A DNA stretch of 64,000 bases from Botryllus schlosseri (taxonomy: Eukaryota): contig CM119372.1 of assembly GCA_051294905.1 (NCBI GenBank), positions 28,708,001 to 28,772,000 of the forward strand. The letters are read 5' to 3'. Below are positions 39,951-52,607 of this stretch, in pieces. The position numbers and the translations under genes are program-made. The notes under the pieces are model-generated. The model did not search any database and had not been told where the DNA came from. It saw nothing but the letters and a program-made list of their open reading frames with translations. Numbering within the stretch: position 1 is the stretch's first letter; every line of letters starts with the position of its first letter.

Positions 39951-40715
39951 TTCCATCCAACCATACCAATTAAATAGCTCACAGTGCATGGAAAAGAATT
40001 CGTGGCCAGCGGCTCTCGTAACGACACTCACTTACATGCATTCTCGCAAAGCCGCTGATTATTATAAATATACCAAATACTTGGTTTGTTGATTTATTTT
40101 CCCCCTCGGAACGAACGTGGCCATATAACACGTTTTCAGTTGGCCTACACCTCGATTTGTTCTCGTAGACCTGCGATATAGCAATGGCGTCTGACCTTTA
40201 CATCGTTATAGTGTCTGTTTCTGGGTAAGATTTCACGATTAGCGGTTAGTAGGCCTTTTCCGTATAGTGCGAGCCTAATTTCTTTTTCACCTAGCTCTCC
40301 TGAACTGGTCATATACACTTCATGTATTTTGAAAAGCGCCTGGATTGTGGCGAGAATTGATGACAGTCGGCAGATCAGAAATTAATCTACAATAGGCTTT
40401 CCCTATATGCCTCGCTTTTGTAGCTGTGAAAACTTTGCATTGCTATGTCACGCTTCTGTAATCCTATACCGGCTCTTTATTGGCAAAGCGAATATCAGAG
40501 CACCATGGAGATGACCATAAAACGCAAGATAATGATTATCGCACTTTTAAGCAAGGAATGGACGGTGGAATTCGCAATTGGACGCCGCAGTCAGTCCAAT
40601 ATCATCGATGACGTCCCAATCATATTTGGCGTTCGCGTCTAGTAGAAACTATTTCATTTTGCTTCGGCGATTCAAAGCGCACTTGGTGAATGCATTTATG
40701 CATATGTGGAGAGCG

Positions 40716-40735
40716 TGCTCACCACAATATTTATT
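40716..40735 (+). promoter_or_regulatory. Putative proximal sequence element (PSE), repeated in each unit
   Basis: TCACC core ~59 bp upstream of the U1 start, the usual position and core of metazoan snRNA PSEs. Confidence 0.5.
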
Positions 40736-40777
40736 TTGTTGTATGAAATTGGGTGTCAATAAATTTCTGGAAAACTC

Positions 40778-40939
40778 ATACTTACCTGACGAGGCAGTGA
40801 ACAATGATCAAAAAGGCGGTTCTGCCCGGGCGAGGCCTAGCCATTGCACTTCGGCTTGGTTGACCTCGGCGATTACCCGAAATGTGGGTAACTCGGTCGT
40901 GTAATTTCTGGTAGTGGGGTCTGCGTTCGCGCTAACCCT
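40778..40939 (+). ncRNA. U1: U1 snRNA
   Basis: 5' ATACTTACCTG, SL1 loop GATCAAAAAG, SL2 loop ATTGCACT, SL3 AAAT, Sm site AATTTCTGG, SL4 GCGTTCGCGC; ~162 nt. Confidence 0.96.
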
Positions 40940-41766
40940 TTCCATCCAACCATACTAATTAAATAGCTCACAGTGCATGGAAAAGAATTCGTGGCCAGCG
41001 GCTCTCGTAACGACACTCACTTACATGCATTCTCGCAAAGCCGCTGATTATTATAAATATACCAAATACTTGGTTTGTTGATTTATTTTCCCCCTCGGAA
41101 CGAACGTGGCCATATAACACGTTTTCAGTTGGCCTACACCTCGATTTGTTCTCGTAGACCTGCGATATAGCAATGGCGTCTGACCTTTACATCGTTATAG
41201 TGTCTGTTTCTGGGTAAGATTTCACGATTAGCGGTTAGTAGGCCTTTTCCGTATAGTGCGAGCCTAATTTCTTTTTCACCTAGCTCTCCTGAACTGATCA
41301 TATACACTTCATGTATTTTGATAAGCGCCTGGATTGTGGCGAGAATTGATGACAGTCGGCAGATCAGAAATTAATCTACAATAGGCTTTCCCTATATGCC
41401 TCGCTTTTGTAGCTGTGAAAACTTTGCATTGCTATGTCACGCTTCTGTAATCCTATACCGGCTCTTTATTGGCAAAGCGAATATCAGAGCACCATGGAGA
41501 TGACCATAAAACGCAAGATAATGATTATCGCACTTTTAAGCAAGGAATGGACGGTGGAATTCGCAATTGGACGCCGCAGTCAGTCCAATATCATCGATGA
41601 CGTCCCAATCATATTTGGCGTTCGCGTCTAGTAGAAACTATTTCATTTTGCTTCGGCGATTCAAAGCGCACTTGGTGAATGCATTTATGCATATGTGGAG
41701 AGCGTGCTCACCACAATATTTATTTTGTTGTATGAAATTGGGTGTCAATAAATTTCTGGAAAACTC

Positions 41767-41807
41767 ATACTTACCTGACGAGGCAATGAACCATGATCAA
41801 AAAGGCG
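41767..41807 (+). pseudogene. U1: U1 snRNA, 5' fragment (split by Tx1 element B)
   Basis: U1 sequence stops after atgatcaaaaaggcg. Confidence 0.92.
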
Positions 41808-42206
41808 TTCTTCAGGATTAATCTACTAAACAACTTCGCTCACTCTCTCTTCACTTTCCAACGGACTTCGACTCCTCTCGTTTTCAAGTCTCTCCTTCGC
41901 AGTCGGCTCTCTCGCCCGTCTTTCTTCTCACCATCGACTTGACTCTCCTTCCACCTTCTTCACCAAACCTTCCTCTCCGACTTCACTTCTACTAACCTCT
42001 CTTTCCAACTTCACTCTTATCGACACTGCAGTACCATCTTGTAACTCTTCCTATTCCCGCTTCCTTAGACAGCCCTTCGATACCATTGTCTCGCCTGTAG
42101 AAACGCGACTTCCGTTCGAGCTTACGGCTGCACTTACCGACTTACAGCGGCGCTTTTAAACTACAATAGAAACGCTGCAAATAGTTGCTTCGGTATACCA
42201 AAAACA

Positions 42207-44528
42207 ATGGCATACGCCAGTGCGCTATCGAAACTACCACAGCAGAGACTTATCTACGGAAGCAGACCAAGGTCTTTAGATATCATTGCAACAGAGAAAG
42301 CTCAACTTCAGCAGATGTGATAGATGCAATTCTCCAACACGAAGAGCTAGGAAAATATAGAGGACATGTACACTCAATATATCAAATCGGTAGAGACACC
42401 TACCTTCAACCTGTCGTTTCACAACGAAGCACCAGTAAATGAATTGAAAGAACTCTTCCTTGATGAAACAAAAGAAGGAATTCACACAGAGAAAGGAATC
42501 TTCCGCCTCGAGAAACCCAGGACACCTGTGGTCAGGATAAACATAAGAGCAGTCCCTACCGAAGTAGAAGAAAATGAGATCAGACTAAAATTTGAAAGAT
42601 ACAACTGTGGAGAAATCCAAGAAATCAGAATGATAAACCACAAGGGCACAAAACTGCACAACGGATATATGGATCAATGGAACAAAGCCTCGCTCGTACC
42701 CGGGAAGAAATATCAACTCACTCGTGTTAAAAACTGTGTCGGCAGATTGAAAATCGAACTGTGTCGGCAGATTGAAAATCGATCAGCTAACTAGACTTGT
42801 TGAATTGAAAGAGTAGTTGCATATTTGTATACCACAATACAATATTTCATTTCGCGTAAAATGTTTGACCTATGTGATTCGACAACTGGGTTAGCGCGGT
42901 GTTGTTCTACTGATCGAGGTGTGAAAATTGTGCTATCGCGATGAAGTTGTGACTGTGAACAGCAGACTATTCTGTAGGCGCGAAACAGCGAATAAGCCGA
43001 AAGTATTATTCAGGTAGCAATCAATAGCGAAAGAGAACACGATCGGTCATCTGGTACGACTAAACTACATCATATATCATAATTTACGATCAAACTATTT
43101 CACACTGACTGGTCTAGTGTAATAATCGATAGTAGCACACAGCTGGCCGGGAAATAATTCAGCGCGCAGGTCATTCGGAATATAGGTCGCACGCACTGCT
43201 TAATCCTCTTGTAAGCCACGTTTCCGTTTGTGCGGTTATTGTTGGTGACTATTCAACACCACGCGAGAGATGGTTGAAAGTGCGAATCACGACCGCACCC
43301 ATAAGAACACATGGCGAGTCACCACATACCGCGTAAGAATACATGGCACCTCACCGCCGCGGCCTATATCCACAACGTTAGTTCACTACGACACAAGAAT
43401 CCGTGGGCACATCATCGCCACAGCATATATCTGAAAGGGTACCATCATCACCACATAGGCACCTCATCACCGCATCCATAAGAACACATGGCACCTCACC
43501 GCCGAGAGGGGGTCTAAAAGGGTGCCATCACCACCACGAGTTTTCACGGCACCTCACCGCCGCAGCCTATACCCGAAAGGGTGCCGTCACCAGAGATACC
43601 ATAAGAAACAATGGCACATCACCAGAGATCCCATAAGAACCAATCGCACATCACGAGAGACCGCGTAAGAAACAATGACACATCACCAGAGATCCCATAA
43701 GAACCATTGGTACATCACGAGCGATAGGGGGTCTGGGGTCTGAAAGGGTACCATCATCACTACGAGTTTTCACGGCAGGTCATGAGTGAGCCCTATACCT
43801 GAAAGGGTGGGGTCACCAGAGATCCCATAAGAAACAATGGCAAGTCACCAGCGATAGGGGGTCTACAAGGGTGTGGTCACCAACACGAGTTTTCGCGGCA
43901 AGTCACGAGCGGGCCCATAAGAACCCCAGCCAGGTCACGACCGATCCTATATACTACTGTCGGCCCACAGGCACGCGAAACGCGAGAAAAAACTGGTGCA
44001 ATACAAAGTGCAATACAAAACCCTGCAACACAAGTACGAGAACAAAGGCCCCTAGAAGAGGCCTCGAACACGAACGAAATCCTACATAGAGAAGAGGATA
44101 GCGCAAACACTCAAACAATAATTGAAGAAACAAGCGAAATAGAAACAAGCGACAGCGAAGACAGCGCAAACATCACAATATTGGAACACGATAGCAATAG
44201 CGACGAAAGTAGCGTAGACAGCTTACAGACCGTAGAAGAAGAACATAGTCGGACAGAGGAAAGCCGAAACTGTGAGACGAAAGCTGCACAAGAACAAAAA
44301 CCAAGCAGCCTTTCGACCCGCAAACTGCGCAACCTATTCGAAAAACCGCCACTCCTAAATGAAAGAGAAATGGTAAGGTTAATGTGCTCCCCGATAAGAA
44401 AACAGCACGGAGCAGCACGAAGTCCTAACAAAAGGAATAGGCATACAAAAGGAATAGGCATGAACGAAGCCCCAATCTCGAAGGAAAGGCGACGAAAAAA
44501 CCTAATAACAAGTAGTTCAGCGCAATAA
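42207..44528 (+). pseudogene. Tx1 element B ORF1, disrupted
   Basis: Starts MAYASAL. INIRAVPTEVEENEI...NCG.I....HKGT.LHNG is homologous to element A ORF1. It has frameshifts, an insertion at 42671-43947 and only a knuckle remnant (YYCRPTG). Confidence 0.8.
42671..43947. mobile_element. Unclassified non-coding insertion with GGATC...GATCC ends and a complex internal repeat array
   Basis: Interrupts ORF1, with tatat on both sides. Recurrent cccataagaa, gaaagggt, cacgagtttt and gggggtct motifs at 43290-43930. Confidence 0.6.
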
Positions 44529-44552
44529 TCCCACCACTCCCCTACCATCGCC

Positions 44553-47500
44553 ATGGCTCTTAACATAATTTCGATAAACATTAACGGTATAGAAAAACGA
44601 TGGTACAACTTGAAAACCTTTCTAAAGACAGACAATACATGGAATGTAGTCTGCCTCCAAGAAACCCACAGAGGAAACAAAAGCAAAATAGCAAGATGGG
44701 CAAGTAAAAACAACATACTCTACTACCCGAACCACCTAGACGAGAAAGAACCATGGATCGACAAAGAAGAAAAAAAACTACTATACTACAAAGGAACAGC
44801 AATACTTATCAAAAAAGAACTAGAACAACAATACGACATGGAAGAATCGACCTTAAAAGAAGACAGAATACAGTCAATGAATCTAATAACAAAACTCAGC
44901 AAATCACCGGAAAACATTAGAATATGGAACATTTACGGACCTCTACATGTAGGCAGACACCAAACCGAAATATTTCGAACATTCACACAAGAAATTGGCA
45001 AAGATCCAGACAACGCTGTGATATGCGGCGACTTTAATATAATAACAGAAAGCATAGATTCGAAAAATTCAGAAAACTTCCGAATCACACCGGCAGCCAG
45101 AATCTGGAAACAATTCATAAAGACACACAAAATCAGAGACGCCTGGCGATGGAGAAATCCAAAGAAAAGATTATATACTAAAATGCAAACAAAACAATCA
45201 AGAAGAATAGACCGTGTTTACACATCGAACCGCTTTATGATAAACATCAAGATGTGTACATACAAATTCAACACTTTGGCTGACCACATCCTCTACCCGA
45301 GGATTAAAATTAACAAATCCGAAAACGTCAAATGGGGGAAAGTAATGTGGAAGAATGACACCAGACACTTCAAGGATGAGGTACTATACGAACAGATCCA
45401 GGAGATACACGAACGATGTACAGGACACAAGTACCTTTTCCAAAGCATTTATGAATGGTGGGATTATTTCAAGAAATGCGCCAAACTACACCTGCAGAAA
45501 TACGGCTCGAACAAACAAAAAGCCGAAAGAAGCAAAGCCGAAATGCTTCAAAAAAAGATACTAGAAATACAAAATAAGAACAACGACTCAAAGAGTGCAT
45601 ACAAAGAGATAAAAGAGCTCAAGAAAATAGAAGACGATCATTTTAGATACCAATGTCGACTTCATAAACTGCGTGATATGGAGGAAAATGAAAAGCCGAC
45701 GAAGTTTTTCTTCCAAATGCTCCAGACAAGAGAGAGCAAAATGCTAAAAGAAATAGAAACTAATACCGGGGCTGAATTGACAGAAAAAAAGGATATACTC
45801 CGCGAGGTAGAACATTTCTACACTAACTTGTGGAGCAAACCCGAACAGGAAAATTCGAAACTCCAGCAAGAATATATAGATGAAATTAAACAACATCGAA
45901 TAACAGAAGAGGAAAAGATAGACCTCGATAGCCAGATCGAAGAAAATGAAATAAAAGCCACCTTAGAAAAGATGGATAACGATAAAACACCAGGGGCTGA
46001 CGGCCTATCAAAGGAGTTTTATATACGATACTGGAATATCTTGAGGAAAGATCTCCAAGAACTCTTCAACAACTCGTACCTCCTGGGAGGTCTCTGCGAT
46101 AGTTGGAAAAAAGGATTAACAACAATAATCTTCAAAAAAGGTAAACCCCAACAACTGAAGAACTGGCGCCCGATCACGTTGTTGAATACAGACTACAAGA
46201 TCATGACCGGCATACTAGCAAGAAGGCTTAACCCAATAACTCCAAACTTGATATATAATACACAGAAATGCGCGATAAAAAACAGAAAAATAACAGACGT
46301 ACTCCGAAACATTCACGCCGCAACAGAATTCGCCAAAGAAAAGAAAAGAGAACTCCTTTTGGTAAACCTAGATCAACAAAAAGCCTTCGACCTAGTACAC
46401 CATCAATACCTGTATAAAATCCTTGAAAATTATCAATTACCGCAGCATTTTACTCGCTTAATCAAAAACATCTACGAGACAGCGACAAGCAGCATCATAG
46501 TCAACGGCGCTTTAACGAAACCGATCAAATTAGAGCGAGGCATCAGACAAGGATGCCCGCTCAGCATGATCCTTTATGCTATCTGCTGCGACCCGCTTGC
46601 AAGAAAGATCGCAAGACATAAGAGATTTAAAGGCTTCAATATAGGCAGGATGGAAATAAAACTGCAGCAGTACGCAGACGATATCACCTGCCTAGCAAAC
46701 AAAGAAGAAGATCTAACGTATATCTTTAAAGAATTTGACAGATACGAAAGGGCCACCGGACAAAAACTGAACGCAGATAAAACGGAAATCTTACATATGA
46801 ACCAAAAGCAAGACAACAGAATGCGAAAGACTAGATACGAACATCTGAAAAAAACACAAATCAAAATACTTGGACAGATATTCGGAAAAAATCAAATAAA
46901 AGACACTTGGAATGAAAAAATCTCGAAAATGAGAAAAACTGCGTACGCATACAGTCATCGCCAACTGACCTGGATGGAAAAAAAACCATCCTAGACAGCC
47001 TAATAGCTACCCAGACTATATACAATGCCCGCGTGGTCCCAGTACCTGAAGAAGAACAACGCGAAATCGAAAAGATATACTTTATTGTGAAACAATAGAG
47101 AAGATCGCCAGGAAGACCTTAATAGCGGGGAAAGAGAACGGGGGCCTGGCTATGCCAGACCTGGAATCTCGCATAAAAACATGTCAATTGGAAAAAATAA
47201 TAGAACTAAAAAGAATAACGGAACCAACAGAATTTTGGCACCAACATGCAATCTTCGAAATTGGCACAAAAATCAAAAACATCAACCCCGCCCTATACAA
47301 TATAACTCAGAGCCTCACAAGTATCCCACTCCAAAAATTTGGACCGACACATTAGATCTAGTCGGCAGACTAAATTGGAAGAATGAGGACTGGGAGACCG
47401 CAACCCACACCTCCACTTACAAAGCGATAAAAAACTTGAAAGAAAACAAGACAAGCATAAGAGTAGAGAGTGGAGAAGAGATTAAGTGGGAGCGAGTCCT

Positions 47501-47999
47501 GAAAACGAAATGCATGGGGAGAAACACTATAACAAACGAAGAAAAAATTCTGAATTATAAAACAGCACACCAAAGCTATCTATTTGGTGAAAAAAAACGC
47601 AAAAGAAATATGATTAGAGACAAAAATGGTAAAATGTTCATCCTGAATTGCAAATTCTGTGACGCGAAAAACGATAACGTGCAACACGTCCTACTAGAGT
47701 GTAGCTTTGCAAAGGAATTGATCTCCTACCTGGACCAACTGCTCCAGAGGAGGCTAACGAAGGACGCGGCGCAACACAACCACGGGACAAAGCACTTGGA
47801 TTGGACGATGATATCAATTTACAAATAAACCATCATCAACCTTAAGGTAAACCTTGATATCGAGAACAGAAAAATAAGAAATGAAAGATTAGAAAACACA
47901 CTACTGCAAAGAATCAAAAGAAGACTTCAAAACATTCCAAGCACTGATGAAACAAGAAGAATACCTAAGAAAATTGAAGAACTGTCAAAGAGCAAATAA
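44553..47999 (+). pseudogene. Tx1 element B ORF2: APE endonuclease, RT and zinc finger; 3' third frameshifted
   Basis: 813-aa open part with SINING, CLQETH, GDFN, RRIDRVY, KTPGADG, NWRPITLLNTDYK, GIRQGCPLS and QYADD. CKFC....NVQHVLLEC lies downstream in other frames. Confidence 0.93.
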
Positions 48000-48243
48000 G
48001 AAATCACACTTACCTCTAATTTCACTTCCGTTAGCATACCTCTCGTTTCCCTTTCAACACATATGTCATTTGGATGTGCCTGACTGTTTATAATATAAAA
48101 AGTTTTAAAAAAAATACTATAAAAAATAAAAAAAATAAAAAAACAAGAAAAAAACAACACAAAGACCCCGAGCTGGAGACAACCCAATATATAAGAGAGG
48201 GTTGCCAAAGGCCGGCGGATACGGAGAGCCGTGAAAAAAAAAA

Positions 48244-48383
48244 ATGATCAAAAAGGCGGTTCTGCTCGGGCGAGGCCTAGCCATTGATTGCACTTCGGCT
48301 TGGTTGAACTCGGCGATTACCCCAAATGTGGGTAACTCGGTCGTGTAATTTCTGGTAGTGGGGTCTGCGTTCGCGCTAACCCT
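48244..48383 (+). pseudogene. U1: U1 snRNA, 3' fragment (partner of 41767-41807)
   Basis: Starts at the TSD and has a 4-nt duplication in the SL2 loop (ccattgattgcac). Confidence 0.92.
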
Positions 48384-49218
48384 TCCATCCAACCATACTA
48401 ATTAAATAGCTCACAGTGCATGGAAAAGAATTCGTGGCCAGCGGCTCTCGTAACGACACTCACTTACATGCATTCTCGCAAAGCCGCTGATTATAATAAA
48501 TATACCAAATACTTGGTTTGTTGATTTATTTTCCCCCTCGGAACGAACGTGGCCATATAATACGTTTCGAGTTGGCCTACACCTCGATTTGTTCTCGTGG
48601 ACCTGCGATATAGCAATGGCGTCTGACCTTTACATCGTTATAGTGTCTGTTTCTGGGTAAGATTTCACGATTAGCGGTTAGTAGGCCTTTTCCGTATAGT
48701 GCGAGCCTAATTTCTTTTTCACCTAGCTCTCCTGAACTGATCATATACACTTCATGTATTTCGATAAGCGCCTGGATTGTGGCGAGAATTGATGACAGTC
48801 GGCAGATCAGAAATTAATCTACAATAGGCTTTCCCTATATGCCTCGCTTTTGTAGCTGTGAAAACTTTGCATTGCTATGTCACGCTTCTGTAATCCTATA
48901 CCGGCTCTTTATTGGCAAAGCGAATATCAGAGCACCATGGAGATGACCATAAACCGCAAGATAATGATTATCGCACTTTTAAGCAAGGAATGGACGGTGG
49001 AATTCGCAATTGGACGCCGCAGTCAGTCCAATATCATCGATGACGTCCCATTCGTCCCAATCATATTTGGCGTTCGCGTCTAGTAGAAACTATTTCATTT
49101 TGCTTCGGCGATTCAAAGCGCACTTGGTGAATGCATTTATGCATATGTGGAGAGCGTGCTCACCACAATATTTATTTTGTTGTATGAAATTGGGTGTCAA
49201 TAAATTTCTGGAAAATTC

Positions 49219-49380
49219 ATACTTACCTGACGAGGCAGTGAACCATGATCAAAAAGGCGGTTCTGCCCGGGCGAGGCCTAGCCATTGCACTTCGGCTTGG
49301 TTGACCTCGGCGATTACCCCAAATGTGGGTAACTCGGTCGTGTCATATCTGGTAGTGGGGTCTGCGTTCGCGCTAACCCT
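49219..49380 (+). ncRNA. U1: U1 snRNA variant with altered Sm site
   Basis: Full length. The Sm region reads tcatatctgg instead of taatttctgg. Confidence 0.9.
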
Positions 49381-50207
49381 TTCCATCCAACCATACTAGT
49401 TAAATAGCTCACAGTGCATGGAAAAGAATTCGTGGCCAGCGGCTCTCGTAACGACACTCACTTACATGCATTCTCGCAAAGCCGCTGATTATTATAAATA
49501 TACCAAATACTTGGTTTGTTGATTTATTTTCCCCCTCGGAACGAACGTGGCCATATAACACGTTTTGAGTTGGCCTACACCTCGATTTGTTCTCGTGGAC
49601 CTGCGATATAGCAATGGCGTCTGACCTTTACATCGTTATAGTGTCTGTTTCTGGGTAAGATTTCACGATTAGCGGTTAGTAGGCCTTTTCCGTATAGTGC
49701 GAGCCTAATTTCTTTTTCACCTAGCTCTCCTGAACTGATCATATACACTTCATGTATTTCGATAAGCGCCTGGATTGTGGCGAGAATTGATGACAGTCGG
49801 CAGATCAGAAATTAATCTACAATAGGCTTTCCCTATATGCCTCGCTTTTGTAGCTGTGAAAACTTTGCATTGCTATGTCACGCTTCTGTAATCCTATACC
49901 GGCTCTTTATTGGCAAAGCGAATATCAGAGCACCATGGAGATGACCATAAACCGCAAGATAATGATTATCGCACTTTTAAGCAAGGAATGGACGGTGGAA
50001 TTCGCAATTGGACGCCGCAGTCAGTCCAATATCATCGATGACGTCCCAATCATATTTGGCGTTCGCGTCTAGTAGAAACTATTTCATTTTGCTTCGGCTA
50101 TTCAAAGCGCACTTGGTGAATGCATTTATGCATATGTGGAGAGCGTGCTCACCACAATATTTATTTTGTTGTATGAAATTGGGTGTCAATAAATTTCTGG
50201 AAAACTC

Positions 50208-50369
50208 ATACTTACCTGACGAGGCAGTGAACCATGATCAAAAAGGCGGTTCTGCCCGGGCGAGGCCTAGCCATTGCACTTCGGCTTGGTTGACCTCGGC
50301 GATTACCCGAAATGTGGGTAACTCGGTCGTGTAATTTCTGGTAGTGGGGTCTGCGTTCGCGCTAACCCT
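50208..50369 (+). ncRNA. U1: U1 snRNA
   Basis: Full-length copy with all U1 motifs. Confidence 0.95.
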
Positions 50370-51179
50370 TTCCATCCAACCAACCATATTAATTAAATAG
50401 CTCACAGTGCACGGATAAGAATTCGTGGCCAGCGGCTCTCGTAACGACACTCACTTACATGCATTCTCGCAAAGCCGCTGATTATTTTCAATATACCAAA
50501 TACTTGTTTCGTTGATTTATTTTCCCCCTCGGAACGAACGTGGCCATATAACACGTTTTGAGTTGGCCTACACCTCGATTTGTTCTCGTAGACCTGCGAT
50601 ATAGCAATGGCGTCTGACCTTTACATCGTTATAGTGTCTGTTTCTGGGTAAGATTTCACGATTAGCGGTTAGTAGGCCTTTTCCGTATAGTGCGAGCCTA
50701 AATTCTTTTTCACCTAGCTCTCCTGAGCTGATCATATACACTTCATGTATTTTGATAAGCGCCTGGATTGTGGTGAGAATTGATGACAGTCAGCAGAACA
50801 GAAATTAATCTACAATAGGCTTTCCCTATATGCCTCGCTTTTGTAGCTGTGAAAACTTTGCATTGCTATGTCACGCTTCTGTAATCCTATACCGGCTCTT
50901 TAATGCCAAAGCGAATATCAGAGCACCATGGAGATGACCATAACACGCAAGATAATGATTATCGCACTTTTAAGCAAGGAATGGACGGTGGAGGCGTCCA
51001 ATATCATCGATGACGTCCCAATCATATTTGGCGTTCGCGTCTAGTAGAAACTATTTCATTTTGCTTCGGCGATTCAAAGCGCACTTGGTGAATGCATTTA
51101 TGCATATGTGGAGAGCGTGCTCACCACAATATTTATTTTGTTGTATGAAATTGGGTGTCAATAAATTTCTGGAAAACTC

Positions 51180-51341
51180 ATACTTACCTGACGAGGCAGT
51201 GAACCATGATCAAAAAGGCGGTTCTGCCCGAGCGAGGCCTAGCCATTGCACTTCGGCTTGGTTGACCTCGGCGATTACCCCAAATGTGGGTAACTCGGTC
51301 GTGTAATTTCTGGTAGTGGGGTCTGCGTTCGCGCTAACCCT
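51180..51341 (+). ncRNA. U1: U1 snRNA
   Basis: Full-length copy with all U1 motifs. Confidence 0.95.
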
Positions 51342-52183
51342 TTCCATCCAACCAACCATACTAATTAAATATCTCATAGTGCACGGGAAAGAATTCGTGG
51401 CCAGCGGCTCTCGTAACGACACTCACTTACATGCATTCTCGCAAAGCCGCTGATTATTATAAATATACCAAATACTTGGTTTGTTGATATATTTTCCCCC
51501 TCGGACCGAACGTGGCCATATAACACGTTTTGAGTTGGCCTACACCTCGATTTGTTCTCGTAGACCTGCGATATAGCAATGGCGTCTGACCTTTACATCG
51601 TTATAGTGTCTGTTTCTGGGTAAGATTTCACGATTAGCGGTTAGTAGGCCTTTTCCGTATAGTGCGAGCCAAATTTCTTTTTCACCTAGCTCTCCTGAAC
51701 TGATCATATACACTTCATGTATTTTGATAAGCGCCTGGATTGTGGCGAGAATTGATGACAGTCGGCAGATCAGAAATTAATCTACAATAGGCTTTCCCTA
51801 TATGCCTCGCTTTTGTAGCTGTGAAAACTTTGCATTGCTATGTCACGCTTCTGTAATCCTATACCAGCTCTTTACTGGCAAAGCGAATATCAGAGCACCA
51901 TGGAGATGACCATAAAACGCAAGATAATGATTATCGCACTTTTAAGCAAGGAATGGACGGTGGAATTCGCAATTGGACGCCGCAGTCAGTCCAATATCAT
52001 CTCGATGACGTCCCATTCGTCCCAATCATATTTGGCGTTCGCGTCTAGTAGAAACTATTTCATTTTGCTTCGGCGATTCAAAGCGCACTTGGTGAATGCA
52101 TTTATGCATATGTGGAGAGCGTGCTCACCACAATATTTATTTTGTTGTATGAAATTGGGTGTCAATAAATTTCTGGAAAACTC

Positions 52184-52345
52184 ATACTTACCTGACGAGG
52201 CAGTGAACCATGATCAAAAAGGCGGTTCTGCTCGGGCGAGGCCTAGCCATTGCACTTCGGCTTGGTTGAACTCGGCGATTACCCCAAATGGGGGTAACTC
52301 GGTCGTGTAATTTCTGGTAGTGGGGTCTGCGTTCGCGCTAACCCT
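52184..52345 (+). ncRNA. U1: U1 snRNA
   Basis: Full-length copy with all U1 motifs. Confidence 0.95.
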
Positions 52346-52607
52346 TTCCATCCAACCATACTAATTAAATAGCTCACAGTGCATGGAAAAGAATTCGTGG
52401 CCAGCGGCTCTCGTAACGACACTCACTTACATGCATTCTCGCAAAGCCGCTGATTATAATAAATATACCAAATACTTGGTTTGTTGATTTATTTTCCCCC
52501 TCGGAACGAACGTGGCCTTATAACACGTTTTGAGTTGGCCTGCACATCGATTTGTTCTCGTGGACCTGCGATATAGCAATGGCGTCTGACCTTTACATCG
52601 TTATAGT

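Larger units (their letters stand above)
41808..48243 (+). mobile_element. Tx1/L1-clade non-LTR retrotransposon, family B, inserted in U1
   Basis: TSD atgatcaaaaaggcg at 41793-41807 and 48244-48258, pyrimidine-rich 5' UTR, ORF1, ORF2 and an A-tail at 48234-48243. Confidence 0.93.

Noticed and set aside
40761..40770. Second AATTTCTGG (Sm-like) motif just upstream of each U1 start, suggesting another snRNA or SL RNA
   Set aside because: It lies between the putative PSE and the start site. No SL exon/donor or other snRNA structure could be recognised.
39951..40777. Possible 5S, tRNA or snoRNA gene in the spacer (a TGATGA box and a gcgttcgcg stretch like U1 SL4)
   Set aside because: No A/B boxes, cloverleaf or paired box D was found. 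The matches are short enough to be chance, and an Infernal scan would be needed.
43290..43930. CRISPR-like appearance of recurring motifs
   Set aside because: There is no constant repeat with unique spacers, no cas genes, and the context is eukaryotic.
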